This document shows positions 27,874 to 40,888 of a DNA stretch of 64,000 bases, piece by piece. Source of the DNA: Octopus sinensis (taxonomy: Eukaryota); contig NC_043016.1 of NCBI RefSeq assembly GCF_006345805.1, positions 23,994,001-24,058,000 on the forward strand, given 5' to 3'. A program made the translations under genes and the position numbers. The notes under the pieces were generated by a model. That model did no database searches and was not told the origin of the DNA. It worked only from the letters and a program-made list of their open reading frames with translations. Numbering within the stretch: position 1 is the first letter of the stretch; each line of letters opens with the position of its first letter.

Positions 27874-30800
27874 TTTTCTACAGAGTTTAGTGTACTGATT
27901 CAGCAAAAATAATTTTTTTTAGCATGTTTAAAAGATTAGGTTGAAATAAGTAAACATTGAAAATATTAGATTGTCATCTTCAAGTACTATTATTACTTGT
28001 ACTTGTGGCGATATTCACCCTGGGCAGGTTGAGTTGGCTTCTTCCACCACCCTTAAGTCATTGTATTCACCATTGAGAATTCATGGAAGAAGTACTATTA
28101 TTCTCTATATATGAACATATTTTTGAGTTACGACTAAGCTTTTGATGCCTTTTATTTATAAATATTGTTACTATCTTTAAGAAAGGCATAAGTAGCTCAC
28201 AAATACCACCCTTCAACCCCTTTTATAGTGAATTTTTTTTGTGCCACTCCTTAATATGAAGAAACAAAATAGTTTGCTTCCACAAAATTCTTTCTTCACA
28301 GTATTTAAAAAGTTAGAAGCCATCTTGATTTTATTAAACATGGCAATATGTTCACCTCTTTTCAGTCCTCAAAGGCCTCACCCACCTGAGAAACACTACA
28401 CCAGATAATGAAAGAATGGGAGTGTAGACATGGCATATTACTCTAGAAATAGTTTATCTCAGCTATGCAGAGGGCATAAATCACTCCTAATTTGACATTC
28501 ACCAAAGACAGCATTTTTGTTTTAGATATGAAGCACATCTTTTTTGTGAAACCAAGTCCTTTTCATGACATTACACTTTCACTCTAAAAAGTGGTGACAT
28601 TCTCCAGTTTTCTCTTCACACTATTGAACAAATTTCTTTCAAAATTTTAGTACAAACATTTTCTTGCTAAAATTATGTAGTGAGGCTTTATAAAGTAAAG
28701 GAAAAGGCAATCGACATATATTTCCCTTTTGTTGGAAGGGAACTTAGCATAGTCTATGAAATATATGCATTGTTAGTATTATATAAAAAAAATAGCTTGT
28801 AATAGTATTTTGTATATCTTCTGTGTATATGTGAAACTGTGTATGTCTTAATTTGATTTGATAATTACTGCTGCATTTCACATCATTTCATCCACTTCTA
28901 CTTTTCAATGAGTTTATAATTTTTAAATTCTAAAATTTGTATAAGTAACTGAATTATATAAAATTTGATGATGACAGACTGTAGTTTAAATTCTGATCCT
29001 TTCATTAAACTATCAAAATAACTTTTTATTGGTGCTGCTTAACACTTCTCACTCTTGTTATCTAGCTTATTTGCCTGATATTGATTTGCTTTTGTGAGTG
29101 AAAATGCTTGTTCCAAAGCTAATTAAAAACCTGATACTTCAGTGTATAAAGTTTTGTTGGGCTGCTAAGTTCCTGACAGTTATGTCCAGTGTCTAAGCAT
29201 AGTAGTACTATTTCCAAATATGGGGAACAATAGTTTTTCCTTTCTCTAATTCCTCAACTATCAGCTGAATATAATTCTGATAGAGATAATGAATTGAGAT
29301 TAATTTCAAAGCTTGGTACCTGATGGTATCAATGAAAGAAATGAAAAATTATCAGAATTTTGCTGTCACTTGAACTTAGGATCAAGCTAATTATTTTATA
29401 ATAGAATTCTTCATTTTTTTTTTTCTGATTTTTATAATTGTATCTGTATTTCAATTTGTCAGATTGTTCTTACGGCTTACAGCCTGCTCTTGCTTCTAAA
29501 CTGTCCTGATTTTTTGCCATTTACTTATAGAAGTATGCATATTTAATTTTACTTAACAGTACTGTATAAATCTGATTACTTAACCATTTTATTCATGACC
29601 CAGTATTTTAAGAAGCTTCTATTTAGATTTCACTGATAATACAGGTTATAATTTTTCATTATGAACTTGTTGGTCAAGTTAATGAAAAAAAGTCATCTTG
29701 CTTAGGGATGTTTGCAGCCTTGTAAGTTACACTGGGTTATGTGTAGCGATAGCTCTAAACTTGGTTGAAAACAATATTTTAATATATTTCTATTTCAATA
29801 AGAGTCCCTATAAAAAGTCATCATTAAAGACAACAGCAGAGGCAAGAAGCAGGAGTGGAGCTGAAGCCAGTGGTAAACTGAATGGAAGAGAGAGCTCAGT
29901 GGACAGCAGGAGTGGTCCATAATAAAGGGAATTTAGAATGAAAAGCAGTGATGAGCAAGATATTCAGAATTGCAGACAGAGCTAACAGTCTATCTTCTAA
30001 TAGATTTTTTTTCATGATCAATATTTTTATTCAAGGAATATTGAATAGTATTTTTAGTAGAAAGTTATTATTTTCTAAAGATTAACATATCTCTAGGTTA
30101 ACATTGCATTTTTTTATATTATGAAAATATAGTCTTCAATTTTCATCCTTTGTAACTTAATACAAAACATCAGAAGCATCACTCAAAAGTTCTTATTTCT
30201 CTGATTTTTTTTTCCTTTCTTGCTCACTGTAATATAATCCTTTGACATTGAAAAATCATTTGAGTTATCGAAATTAAATTTCTATAGGGCATCAACAAGA
30301 TTCATTACTGCTGCTAAATTATGTAACAAGACATGTCTAATTTTTCAAAATTAAACAAACAATTCAGATTAAATCTTGGAACAAAGCTGAAAGAAACCAG
30401 TTCATATTAAAAGGAATGTTTTATTTAGTTTCTTAAAGTTTGTTAATTTCATACTAAATATGATCTGCACTGATGTAATATAATCATCCCATCTTTTCAA
30501 CCTGAAAGAGCCCTAAAAGTTATCTCTTCTTTCTTGGGATTTTTTGAATTTTTATTGATACCATTACTAATTGTTGCAGTGTATTGATGCTCACCATAAT
30601 TTTAGTAATATTAAGTTGATAAATATGTCTCCACTATCAGGGTTTTTTAGTAAGAGAATAACTTAGTGTTCTAGTATTTTATTAGATTTAGCTAGTACGC
30701 TAATGACCTCAGTTGTTGGTTGTAGCACTTTCATAGTCAAATTAAAATTCTCAACTGAAACCATGTTGTTATAAGACAGAATGAAAACTGCTTGAATTCT

Positions 30801-33800
30801 GGCTGCATTCCAAACATCAGTGAATGGAAGAAAAAAAATTAATACAAACCTCTGTAAAATACTTACTTTAAAAATACATTGAAGCACATGAACAGTTTAA
30901 TGTAGATGACAGATAGAAAAATGGGTTTGATATTGTTTGAAAATGATTAATTACATGTAGTTTCCAAATTCAGTTAATGAGACACTATTGAAATGTGAAG
31001 TGATATTCAGTATTCTTTTGTCAATGTAAATCATGAACTCTCATCAATTAATATTGTGTAGCCTCTGAACTTTATATTTGAGCATTTATTTGTTAAATGT
31101 TATTACAAAAATTGGTAGATTAGAAGACATTTGTTAACATAATGTGCTGCATTGAAGCATCTGATGTTAGAAACATTTATAATCAATATATCTGCATAGT
31201 TATTATGCTAACAAAATTTTTTGATCTGAACTAAGAAATTGGTAAATTTTGTTTACATTACAAAAATGAAGAACTTGAAAAAGTATTTTGAGCAGAAGTA
31301 ATTTTTTTAATATTTTGTAAATCTCTTAAATTCTTGGTTGTTGGTAACCTAGTTTTTAAAATCTTCAGATAACATGAAAGATGGTAACAAATTTAATGTA
31401 CTTACTCTTCACTAATATTAAAAGATGTGGAATTGTTTTGTAATTATGTAATGTATTGGTAGTTGAGTTTTAAAAAACAATTTCATTCATATTTCGTGTA
31501 TTAAAAAAAGAGAAAATATTGAATGTTCAATCAAATCCTAGTTACATCTTAACTATTATAATTAGATGATTTGTTTTTAATTTTTTTTTTTTAATGCAAA
31601 GAATAGTCCATTTGTATTTTTTTTCTGTAAAATGGTGTAGCCTTTTATATTTTACTGAATCTTTTTTCTTATATTCACACCCTTTATCTCAGAATTTTCA
31701 AATAACAGTAAAGTTTGATCATGTGAAATATTTTTTAGTTTAAATTTTGTTTTCCTAAAAACAGTTGAAAATTTCTAATTTGATTCTGTCAGGTTAGCCT
31801 TATAAAATCTGTGTCATTTTCTTCACATTATTGTTGAAAGAGAATTTCTTGAATTAATATTTCTGGTTAATATAAACTGATCTTTAAAGAACTCATTACT
31901 GCCCATCATTGCAGGAGCTTCAATGTTTACGTTGAAAAATATCCTCATGAATCAAATAACGAATTACGAAACTGCTGAGATACTTAGTGTAAAGTTATAC
32001 TAGGCATTATAAAAGTACTATTCAGAAATGTCTTTCTTTTGTGTCTCAACAGCACATATAATGTTGCTTACAGTGTTGGGCATTATTTTTTAAATTTCAA
32101 ATGGAACCCAAAACAGCCCTTATTCATTATGTATGTACACACATATACTTGCAAGATCTTGCATAGAAAATTACTATCCACCCTACATTCTTTACTGGTT
32201 GCTACTTGCTAAGTATGTATAATTTTTCTAATGTGCCATATTTGGGTTTTAAGTAAGATTTCCATTTCATATTTCAGCTACCATATAGTTACTATCTAAA
32301 GGTTAGCAACATTAATTTCTCAGTATTAAAATAAATTTGGTAGCTGTAATTTTATAATTTCATATACGATATTTAGGACATTCTCTATGAACTGTTGATA
32401 TCCTGATACTAAATAGTTATTACATTTAAATTTATTCTGCATTTGACCTAGTTGCTAATGCCATTGGATTACTTTCTGTTCTATTAATACTAGCATATTG
32501 TTCTTGTATAGTGTAAGCTGTCTTATTGAGCTATGTCTGGTGCTAGTAAACAACTCTTGCTGACAAGCTACCTACCTGGCAAGCAAATAGGAATCAATAA
32601 AAGGTTTTTTTTTTTTTTTCTTCTTGTAAATATATATGTTAATATATTCAAGTTATTCCTAAAATACTTATTGTGTGGAAGATTGATGCAGTTATTTGTT
32701 TTAACACAAAAATTAGGATTGGTTTAAATAAGTTTAAACTATATTTCTGATCTATAAGCTTATTAAAATTCATATTTATTTGATGGTGTACACATGTGTA
32801 TACACTGCCTTTTGGAAGAAAAATTCCCAGTAATTAATATTACACTTTATATTCACAAGAAAATGCCTGTCAAAGTTAATTACCAACATAATTATGCTTA
32901 ATGCTTGATTCACTTCTTGTAGTATTAATAATTTAGCATGCAACCTTGATTCTTCATATCACTTTTACATTGGTTCCAAGAACATATCTCAAAATATAAT
33001 CAATTGGAATCATACCAATCTTGTCTCCTTTGGCAGTACAAATACAATCACTAGGCATAGAAAGAAAACATACCTTACCCACCTAAAATTTGAACAAAAT
33101 GCATCAAGAACTCTCAAGAAAGGTACTGATGCCAGGCCTCATTGCTAAGAATTGCTGCTGTCAAAGTGTTTTCAACACAGCTAAAACTTTAATCTCTAAT
33201 GCGTTTTCTTCAGCATGGGAAAATAAATCTAAGTCAAGGACTTCTAATTTCCACAAAACTTAGACCCACAACAAAATGTTGCTTTCACATCTAGGTCAGT
33301 GCAGTTGTTAAACATACATTTTAAATTGCATTGTAAAACAAGCCAAAAAAAGGGGCTGCCTATTTGATTGGCAAGAACTTACCTGCCTCCTTCCTCTGCC
33401 TTTTGTCACTACTACTTCAGTGACCTCTGCACCTTTCGATTTGGCTTAATCTCATATCCGGCCATTTCAGGCACTTCCAACTTGTTCCTTGCTACTACCT
33501 CCTGTTGATCACAGATCCTACACTAACTACATCTTTCTTCTTAGAAATATTTTCATATCCTTGTTTTCCCTGCAGACATCAATTTACAACTTGGGGAGAA
33601 ACATTAACTGCATTGACTTTGTCTTAGAGGTTGTGGGATGATCATTGAGTACTGGCTCTTCGACACCAAAATAGGACCCTCCCAAAAAATCACAAATTGT
33701 TGTATTTAATTTAAGAGATTTGCAAACAATAAGTCTAGAATTTTTTTAATCAAAAGTAAATGTTTTGTTTTTAAAGATTTCATTATGTCAATGAATATAA

Positions 33801-36800
33801 ATGGATTAGAAGTTAAATACACAAAATGACTTCATCTGAATTTACAGTGTTTACATTTAACAATTTTGAACTACTTAAAATCACAAGGTCATGCGTTATA
33901 AGGGATTACATCGAGAATATAACTTGCAATTAAGTTCATGTGTTACCAGAATCGTGTGGTTTGTGCATTTAAATTAAAACTTGCAAAAGTCATTGTCATC
34001 ATATAAGATAAAACTTCATCAAACTGTGGTAACGGTAAAAGAAATAAACTTACTCTAGTAATATATAACTACCCATTATGAAAACCATGTTTCATGCTTG
34101 CATAAAAATATAGATTTTTAAAACAATAAATGAATTGAAATCTACATAAATCTTAACATTTATTGACATGATATTCATGTTTAGGATCATTTCATTTCAT
34201 CTCATTTGATATTTTCCTTTCTAGTTGTGTGTGCATATTTTCAAATCAAACTAGTTCATTGTTAGAAATATTTGATTTTAATAAAACATTAAATATATTT
34301 GACAAATATTTCTATAAAATATTGAAATTTTTAAGAATTTTTTTATCGTATAAATTAATTGAAATACCTTATACAAATTGCTAAAATATTGAATATTGAT
34401 ACTTTCATGGTTTTCTGCCAGAACATTGCTTTCTTCACTTTTCAAAATGTTTTTTTTTAATGGTTGCTTGTATTGGTCTATTTAATGTTTTAAAAATATA
34501 TATATAAATTATATATATACATTATTTATATATATATATACATAATTTTTTAGTATATTATCTAAATTCTAATATATTGAAATAGTAAAAATTACTAAAT
34601 CATATCAGTACTTTATTAGAAAATGATTCTTTACAGCACTTAGAAATTCTTCCTTTGTGGATGGCAAACCATTAACTTTTAGATTGTAGGAATTTAATGG
34701 TGTAATAAATTAGCATGGTTTAAAATTTAGTATTAAAGGTAAGAAAAAAAAAATAGGATATAAGTTTTCTAGTTTTGTTACCATATTTACTATAAAAACG
34801 TCAACTTTGTAGTAGTATTAGGGGGTCAGATATTGATGTTCCATACTGTTTATATTTCTACTAGTGTGGAAAGTGCACAACTTGTGTGGATAACTATTCA
34901 AAAAAGAGAGGAAAAAAATCTACAGCAATAGTGCCAATCAATTGCTTTAAGCCATCTTTCAGAGATGAATGAACAAAGATTTATTATAATTAATTTTAAT
35001 TTGCTTTTAAGTTTCATTTAATTCTCTGTTTATTTATTCAATTTTCCTTTTCTCTTGGCTCACCTTGGTACAACTCTGTGATGCCTGTTATATTAGATGA
35101 AATACAATAACCATGCTACTGCTGGTAATATAATTCTGAAAACTTCTGGCTTCAGTATCTTAGCAGTTAGCTTAGATATCTTTTAAAGTCTTCCATATAG
35201 AAGTTATATTTTAATTGTATATTATGAAGATACTTTGGTAGGAAAATGGGAATGGATTTAGGAAGTTATTGAAGCCAGTCTTTCTGAATTATTTTTTATA
35301 TTACAATAATATTTAGGAATGCTGCTGTTGAGTACCTATTTTGAGGAGATTAGATTATAATAGCAGCACTATTCCTCACTTTATGCATATACAAGATGCA
35401 TAAAATATCATTCATTTGAACTCTATTTACTTCTTTCTCTCCACTTTTCTTTTTACTCTTCCTCTCTTTTTTTTTTTTCTTCTTAGTTGGTTCAAATTTC
35501 CATCTTCGACAGTTTTAATCCGGGTAACAATTTGTATCCAAATGATGCATAATAGTGTAGACATTTATAGAAACAAACATTTATAGATTTTATTTAAATT
35601 AGGCTGAAAGTTCCACTCAATGGTATCTTGATAGGTATTGAAAGTCAGGTCTGGGCACCCTCATATGCATACGAAGATTGTCAACCCGGGGACGAACCGT
35701 TGAGACATAATATGATGGCTTCTCTTCAAATTTGGCACAAAAACCAAGGTGAGCCATGAATGCATTGCTTTGATTTTTCCCATAGCCAAATTTTTCATTT
35801 GTTCTCATTACAATATCTGTCAGGAGAATGATGTCACTTGCCAAATTTAGCATAATTCTATTTTGTGAACGAGTGGATAAAACATGCATGTCTTAAATAA
35901 CTTTTTAAAAAATGGTAAAATCAAACATATCCATGCTTTTTGTTTGTGTCTAACATTAAAGTTTCAGGTGGCTGATTCTGGACATCACTGTTACTTTTGT
36001 CCTTTTCCCTTCGGTGTCCATTTATTCCCATGCAAAATTTTGCCTGGCTTGATTGGAAATTTGCGATTATCATTTTTTCAAGGCATTTATGTAATGAGAT
36101 TTCAGAAAAACTTTTAATGCTTTAAGCCCTTGCCTAGCCTTCCTCTTTAGTGGCTATTAGATTCTTTATTTCTCAAATTGACAGCACTATCCTTATACAT
36201 TTATGGCCATTGCTTGTTGCACACCTGTAATCTAATTTTTTTTTTTCATTCGAAAGTTACAGTATTGTATTCTAGATTTAGTATTCCTTTTCTGTATTTA
36301 CTAACAAATTTTATTTTTCCTTATATACATTCATTAGTTTACTCAATTTTACACCAGATACACTTTTAATTTTATTATATATAGTTTAGATGGTTTTGAA
36401 CTGCTTCTAACAGTGATAGCAGTATGTGCAAGTTCCAGTGTTTATAAGTGTTCATTTAAGTAGATATCCTTAGCAGTGAGGGTTGAGACCTTCAAAACTT
36501 AGAGCAAGCCATAAATAACTAATGAATATGTTGGTTCCAGCGTCTCCCCACAAGCCTATATCTTTATTTTTAATGATATTGGGTTTCATACATTCTATGT
36601 AACTGAAAAATTTTCTCAGGATAATCACTGGATCTTAATGTAACATATTTTGCTTTATGACTAATGTAATTAAAATATGAGAATAGTTGTGAAGCAGTTT
36701 TTTTATGGAATAAAAATAATGTACAATTTGTGATAGGAAAGATTTGCTTGTGAATCTTGTTTTCACTGCTAAAAATCAAAGAATAACATCTATTACAAAC

Positions 36801-39800
36801 AAACAAATGGTATGGTCCTCAGTCCACACTTGCAACACATTCAGAAATTGAGTTTTGAATCACCATATTAAAATCAAAAGCATCATCTTCCAATAGTTGA
36901 AAAAAGTGGGTTTGTGTACATAGTAATGAAATATTCCATAATTGATTTCTGCATTTATGTGACTGCCTGACATATGCTACACTGCAATAAGAATATATGC
37001 TCCATAAAATTGGGGAACCAAAGTTTATACACACACAGACATACATGTCACTGGCAATATTAGTTTTTCAATTGCCCTAATGCCCAAGAATGGCATATGC
37101 AGGCAAAAATATCAAGATCAATATTTCAAATGTACTGGAAATAGGAAGAAATAGCTTACAAGATTACAAATGATGGGCGAGAAATGGTACCAGTGAGAAA
37201 TTTTTATTTTTTTCAAAAAATCCTTTTTTTTTTTCTTTTTTCTAGCAGTTGTTAATAAATTTATGGATAAATAAGTTTATAACTGAGGTGTTTTACCATC
37301 AGTGATAAAATTATGAGTTTGTTATTTAAAAAGATCTCCCTTGGCATATATTTCACAAAGACTTATTTTATTTTTTAAAGGTACATATGTAGGCATTATT
37401 TAGTTGATCACTTAGACTGCTGAAAAATGGCAAGATCTGATTGAATATCTACTTAGAATGATCCACTAGTTACCAGTTTACATTTTCATTTATTTTTACT
37501 AACAGACACCTGGACTACATTTTTTTTTTTTTTTTAACATTTAGCAACCTTGGCAGTCTTTTGATCTTCCTCTCCCTTATGTTTTTTTTAAAGTTTATAA
37601 AAGTGTAGCTAAGAAAATTGAAAAAAGTTATTCCTTGATCTTGGTTCTCATAAATATGAGTTCTGGATTTTCTTTTTGAACAATTTTATATTTCATTAAT
37701 TGAAATTGACTTTGTCTCACGTTTCCTTTCTGTACTCAAATGCAACTAATATAAAATAATTCAACATTAAAAAATAAGCTATTTATATAACATTTGCTGT
37801 GGTTTTGAACATATATAATGCATATATATGTTATATATATTGTATATATTATGTATATATTGTATATATTATATGTATAATATTATGTATATTTTATATA
37901 TTGTATACATTATATATATATTTTGTATTAACTGTTTTTGCAAAATCTCATTGCCTAATACTAATTTGGATTTTTTTTTCTATTAAAAGCTGAATTTATT
38001 TTAAATGACTATTATTTTAATCAATGAGCATTTTTATATTTTTATATAACTATATTAGGATTTACTACATCAACTGTGGCTAGAAATAAATTAAAATTAT
38101 ATGCCATTGTAGTAAATAATTTTTTTAATGTTTTACTTTTAGTATTGAGTGATTATATATTTAACTCATCTGAACGTTATAACCAGTATTTTTCTTGTGT
38201 AGGTGGGGTAAGTCATTTTGGCAAATCTGCTCCTTTCCAAACAATACCCATTTAAGCTTACTATTTTGCAAGTTACTAATTTTGGTATTTGTTTATAGCA
38301 AGTTGATATTGACACCATATAAATCAACCAATTTTTGGTTGATAGCCAAGTATCTTTGCTTCACCCACAGTTTCTATCTTAACAATAGTAAACAAAAAAA
38401 AATCACCACATACCTGGCTTATGAATAAATATATATGTATATAATGTCTGCACTCTTTCTGATTGCAGTGTAAGTACTAAATAAGCAGAACATGTCCACA
38501 AAGGGAGCCCAGCATTTTTTTTTTCATTTGTTTGTTCAGGTATGGCTTCATGGTGTAGAAACTTGCTTCTCGACCACATGATTTTGGGTTCAGTCCCACT
38601 GTGTGGCACTTTAAGGCAAGTGTTTACTAAAACCCTTGATTGGGCAAAGCCTTTTGAGTGGATTTCATAAATGAAAGGAGCCTGTTGTATGTGTGTATCC
38701 CAGTATTGACATTGTACCATAATAGTAAATTTGGTGACAAAGGTCATTTAGCTGTAGAAAATCTGTTGCATTCTTTGACTCATGCAACTATGGAAAATTG
38801 GATTCCAAAATGAAATTTTTAAAAATTTTGGTTGCTATTTTTAGCTGGTAAAGCAACTCAGTGGAGGCTCCTTTGTAAATTTAAAACTAAAATTGTTAGT
38901 ATAGGAAATTTTTTTTTTTTACCTGAGATAGAAAAAAAATTTACCCTTTTCAAGAATTCTCTATTTCAGAGAAAGGGTCCTTGTAAATCTCAGCTGACTA
39001 GTTTTCCTACTGGACTTGGTTTTGCCATATAAATTAGCAAAGCTTAAAATTTGTGGTTGTTGAGATAATATTCAGTCAGATATGTGGTATGTTCAAATGA
39101 TAGAGTAAACTACCTTTTAATATCAATTTTCTGATATCACCACAGGACCATTAAATTAATCATGGTATTTTCTATTATAACATATTGCCATATTTTCAGA
39201 GTACTTGCTAGTGCATAGTATTTCACAGATACTAATGTTGATGAACAAGTGGTTAGTGTCTTAAAATTTAATACAGTAATATCCATCCCTTTTCATATAG
39301 AAAGTCCATATCCTTGCTATGGATAGTTTAGTTATTTGAAGATGTTTATTATTTATTCAAGCAATTGCATTAGTAAAGGCTGAGATTTTATGCCAATAAT
39401 GTTAATGCGATCTGTAATACACACAACACATTTTGATTCAAGCCTTTGCTGATGTGGCACATTTTCCCCACCTTTGAATAGTGTTGTTTACAAATAATTG
39501 CTTGATTGTATTTCACCTTCCTCTCTTTAGAGCCAAACTTCTTTGCATAAAACCAAATTTCATTAAAGATTGTGATTTTTCTCGAAAGCCAAATGCCACT
39601 TTAGCATTGTATGGAAGAAAATCCTTATGAAATTTAATAATTAATAAAACTGAAATCAATATAATGAATTTGGTGTTGCTATTCCTATTTTTATCTTTGT
39701 GCCATTACTGATTTACATTACTTAATTTTTTTAGTTTTGAAAATTTTCCTGATAATTTCTGAATTATTTCTATTTTCCCTATTATATAGTAGTAGTATGT

Positions 39801-40857
39801 GAGAAATAAAACACAGCTATACTATTTTAACTTCCTGCATGTAAATATATGGAAGAATTCAGATAATTTACTGAATTCTTCCTTGAATTGGTCTCAATTA
39901 TTTTTGTCATGGTCTTTCAATTAATATACAAACAAGTATCATTAAAAACAAAATGATATACATTAGTGGTGTGGAGAGCCTATGTGGTAACTAGAACTAC
40001 TTCACACCTACTAGACTACTAATGACCTTTGGCTGACTACAAAATAATTAAAGCTGTTACAAGCAAGGTGTACTGTTTTGTTGGAGTGAGTTTCATTTGT
40101 AGTTAATATTAAAACTACCTGGGCAGTGGATTGACTGTATCTATTGAATGATAGATAAAATGCCTTGTAATATTTAGTTACAGATGTTCAGATCATACTG
40201 TTGTTAATTTTGTTCTTCATCCTTTCTGGGATGGTAAATCATGTACCAGTGAGTAACTATTAAATATAGTCAGCTATACAACTTCCTCTATATAAAATCT
40301 TAAAACTCAATATTAGGAAGTCAATCCAGTTGGAAACAGTTCTAATAAAAACCAATTCATCCTGTTAGTTTTTTCTTCTTTTTTTTTTAAATCCTGGCAT
40401 ATTATACATAAACTAGTACTGCTAAATCATTTACTTGTCAACCTGAAAATGTAATGATATTTAGTGTCTTTGTTCTGTCCACACCATGTAGTGGAACAGC
40501 TGTACTTAAGCATTCAGTTAAGCTATATAAATGCTCAATCTTTAACCTCAGCTACAAAACCAAGGTTAACTGTCCATTCTAACTGAAGCGGTCTACCCTG
40601 GCTATTATTATGCTTGTACTAAATCCCTTGCAAAGCATTCACTGCTTTCAACAGTTACTGTGTGTGTATTAATAACTTTTTGTGGTATCATGTAAAGAAA
40701 TTTAGGAATTCCTAAAGAAAAGGTTTAATTTCAAACTACCAGCTGTTTTAGTTGAAGATATTTTCCCTTAATTATAACATGGCATAATGTCATTATTGTT
40801 TTTGCTCCATCAATGTTTCTTTTCATACTTTATAAAAACCCACATTCTGAAATATAC

Positions 40858-40888
<31 letters not shown>

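Noticed and set aside
33377-33385. Consensus CAG|GTAAGT donor on the minus strand (possible antisense gene)
   Set aside because: Adjacent minus-strand frames contain stops and no matching exon chain was found.
34731-34738. 8-nt microexon candidate before the strong donor AAG|GTAAGA (34739)
   Set aside because: The acceptor lacks a pyrimidine tract, and longer versions (56 and 102 nt) contain stops. Not supportable.
35617-35889. 90-aa minus-strand ORF
   Set aside because: No recognisable homology. It is better explained as the antisense shadow of the GC-richer + strand exon candidate.
15601-38800. Intronic SINE pairs as ADAR dsRNA substrates
   Set aside because: The main SINE copies in intron 1 are all in the same orientation. 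The only inverted pair (16556 versus about 24840) is short, diverged and 8 kb apart.
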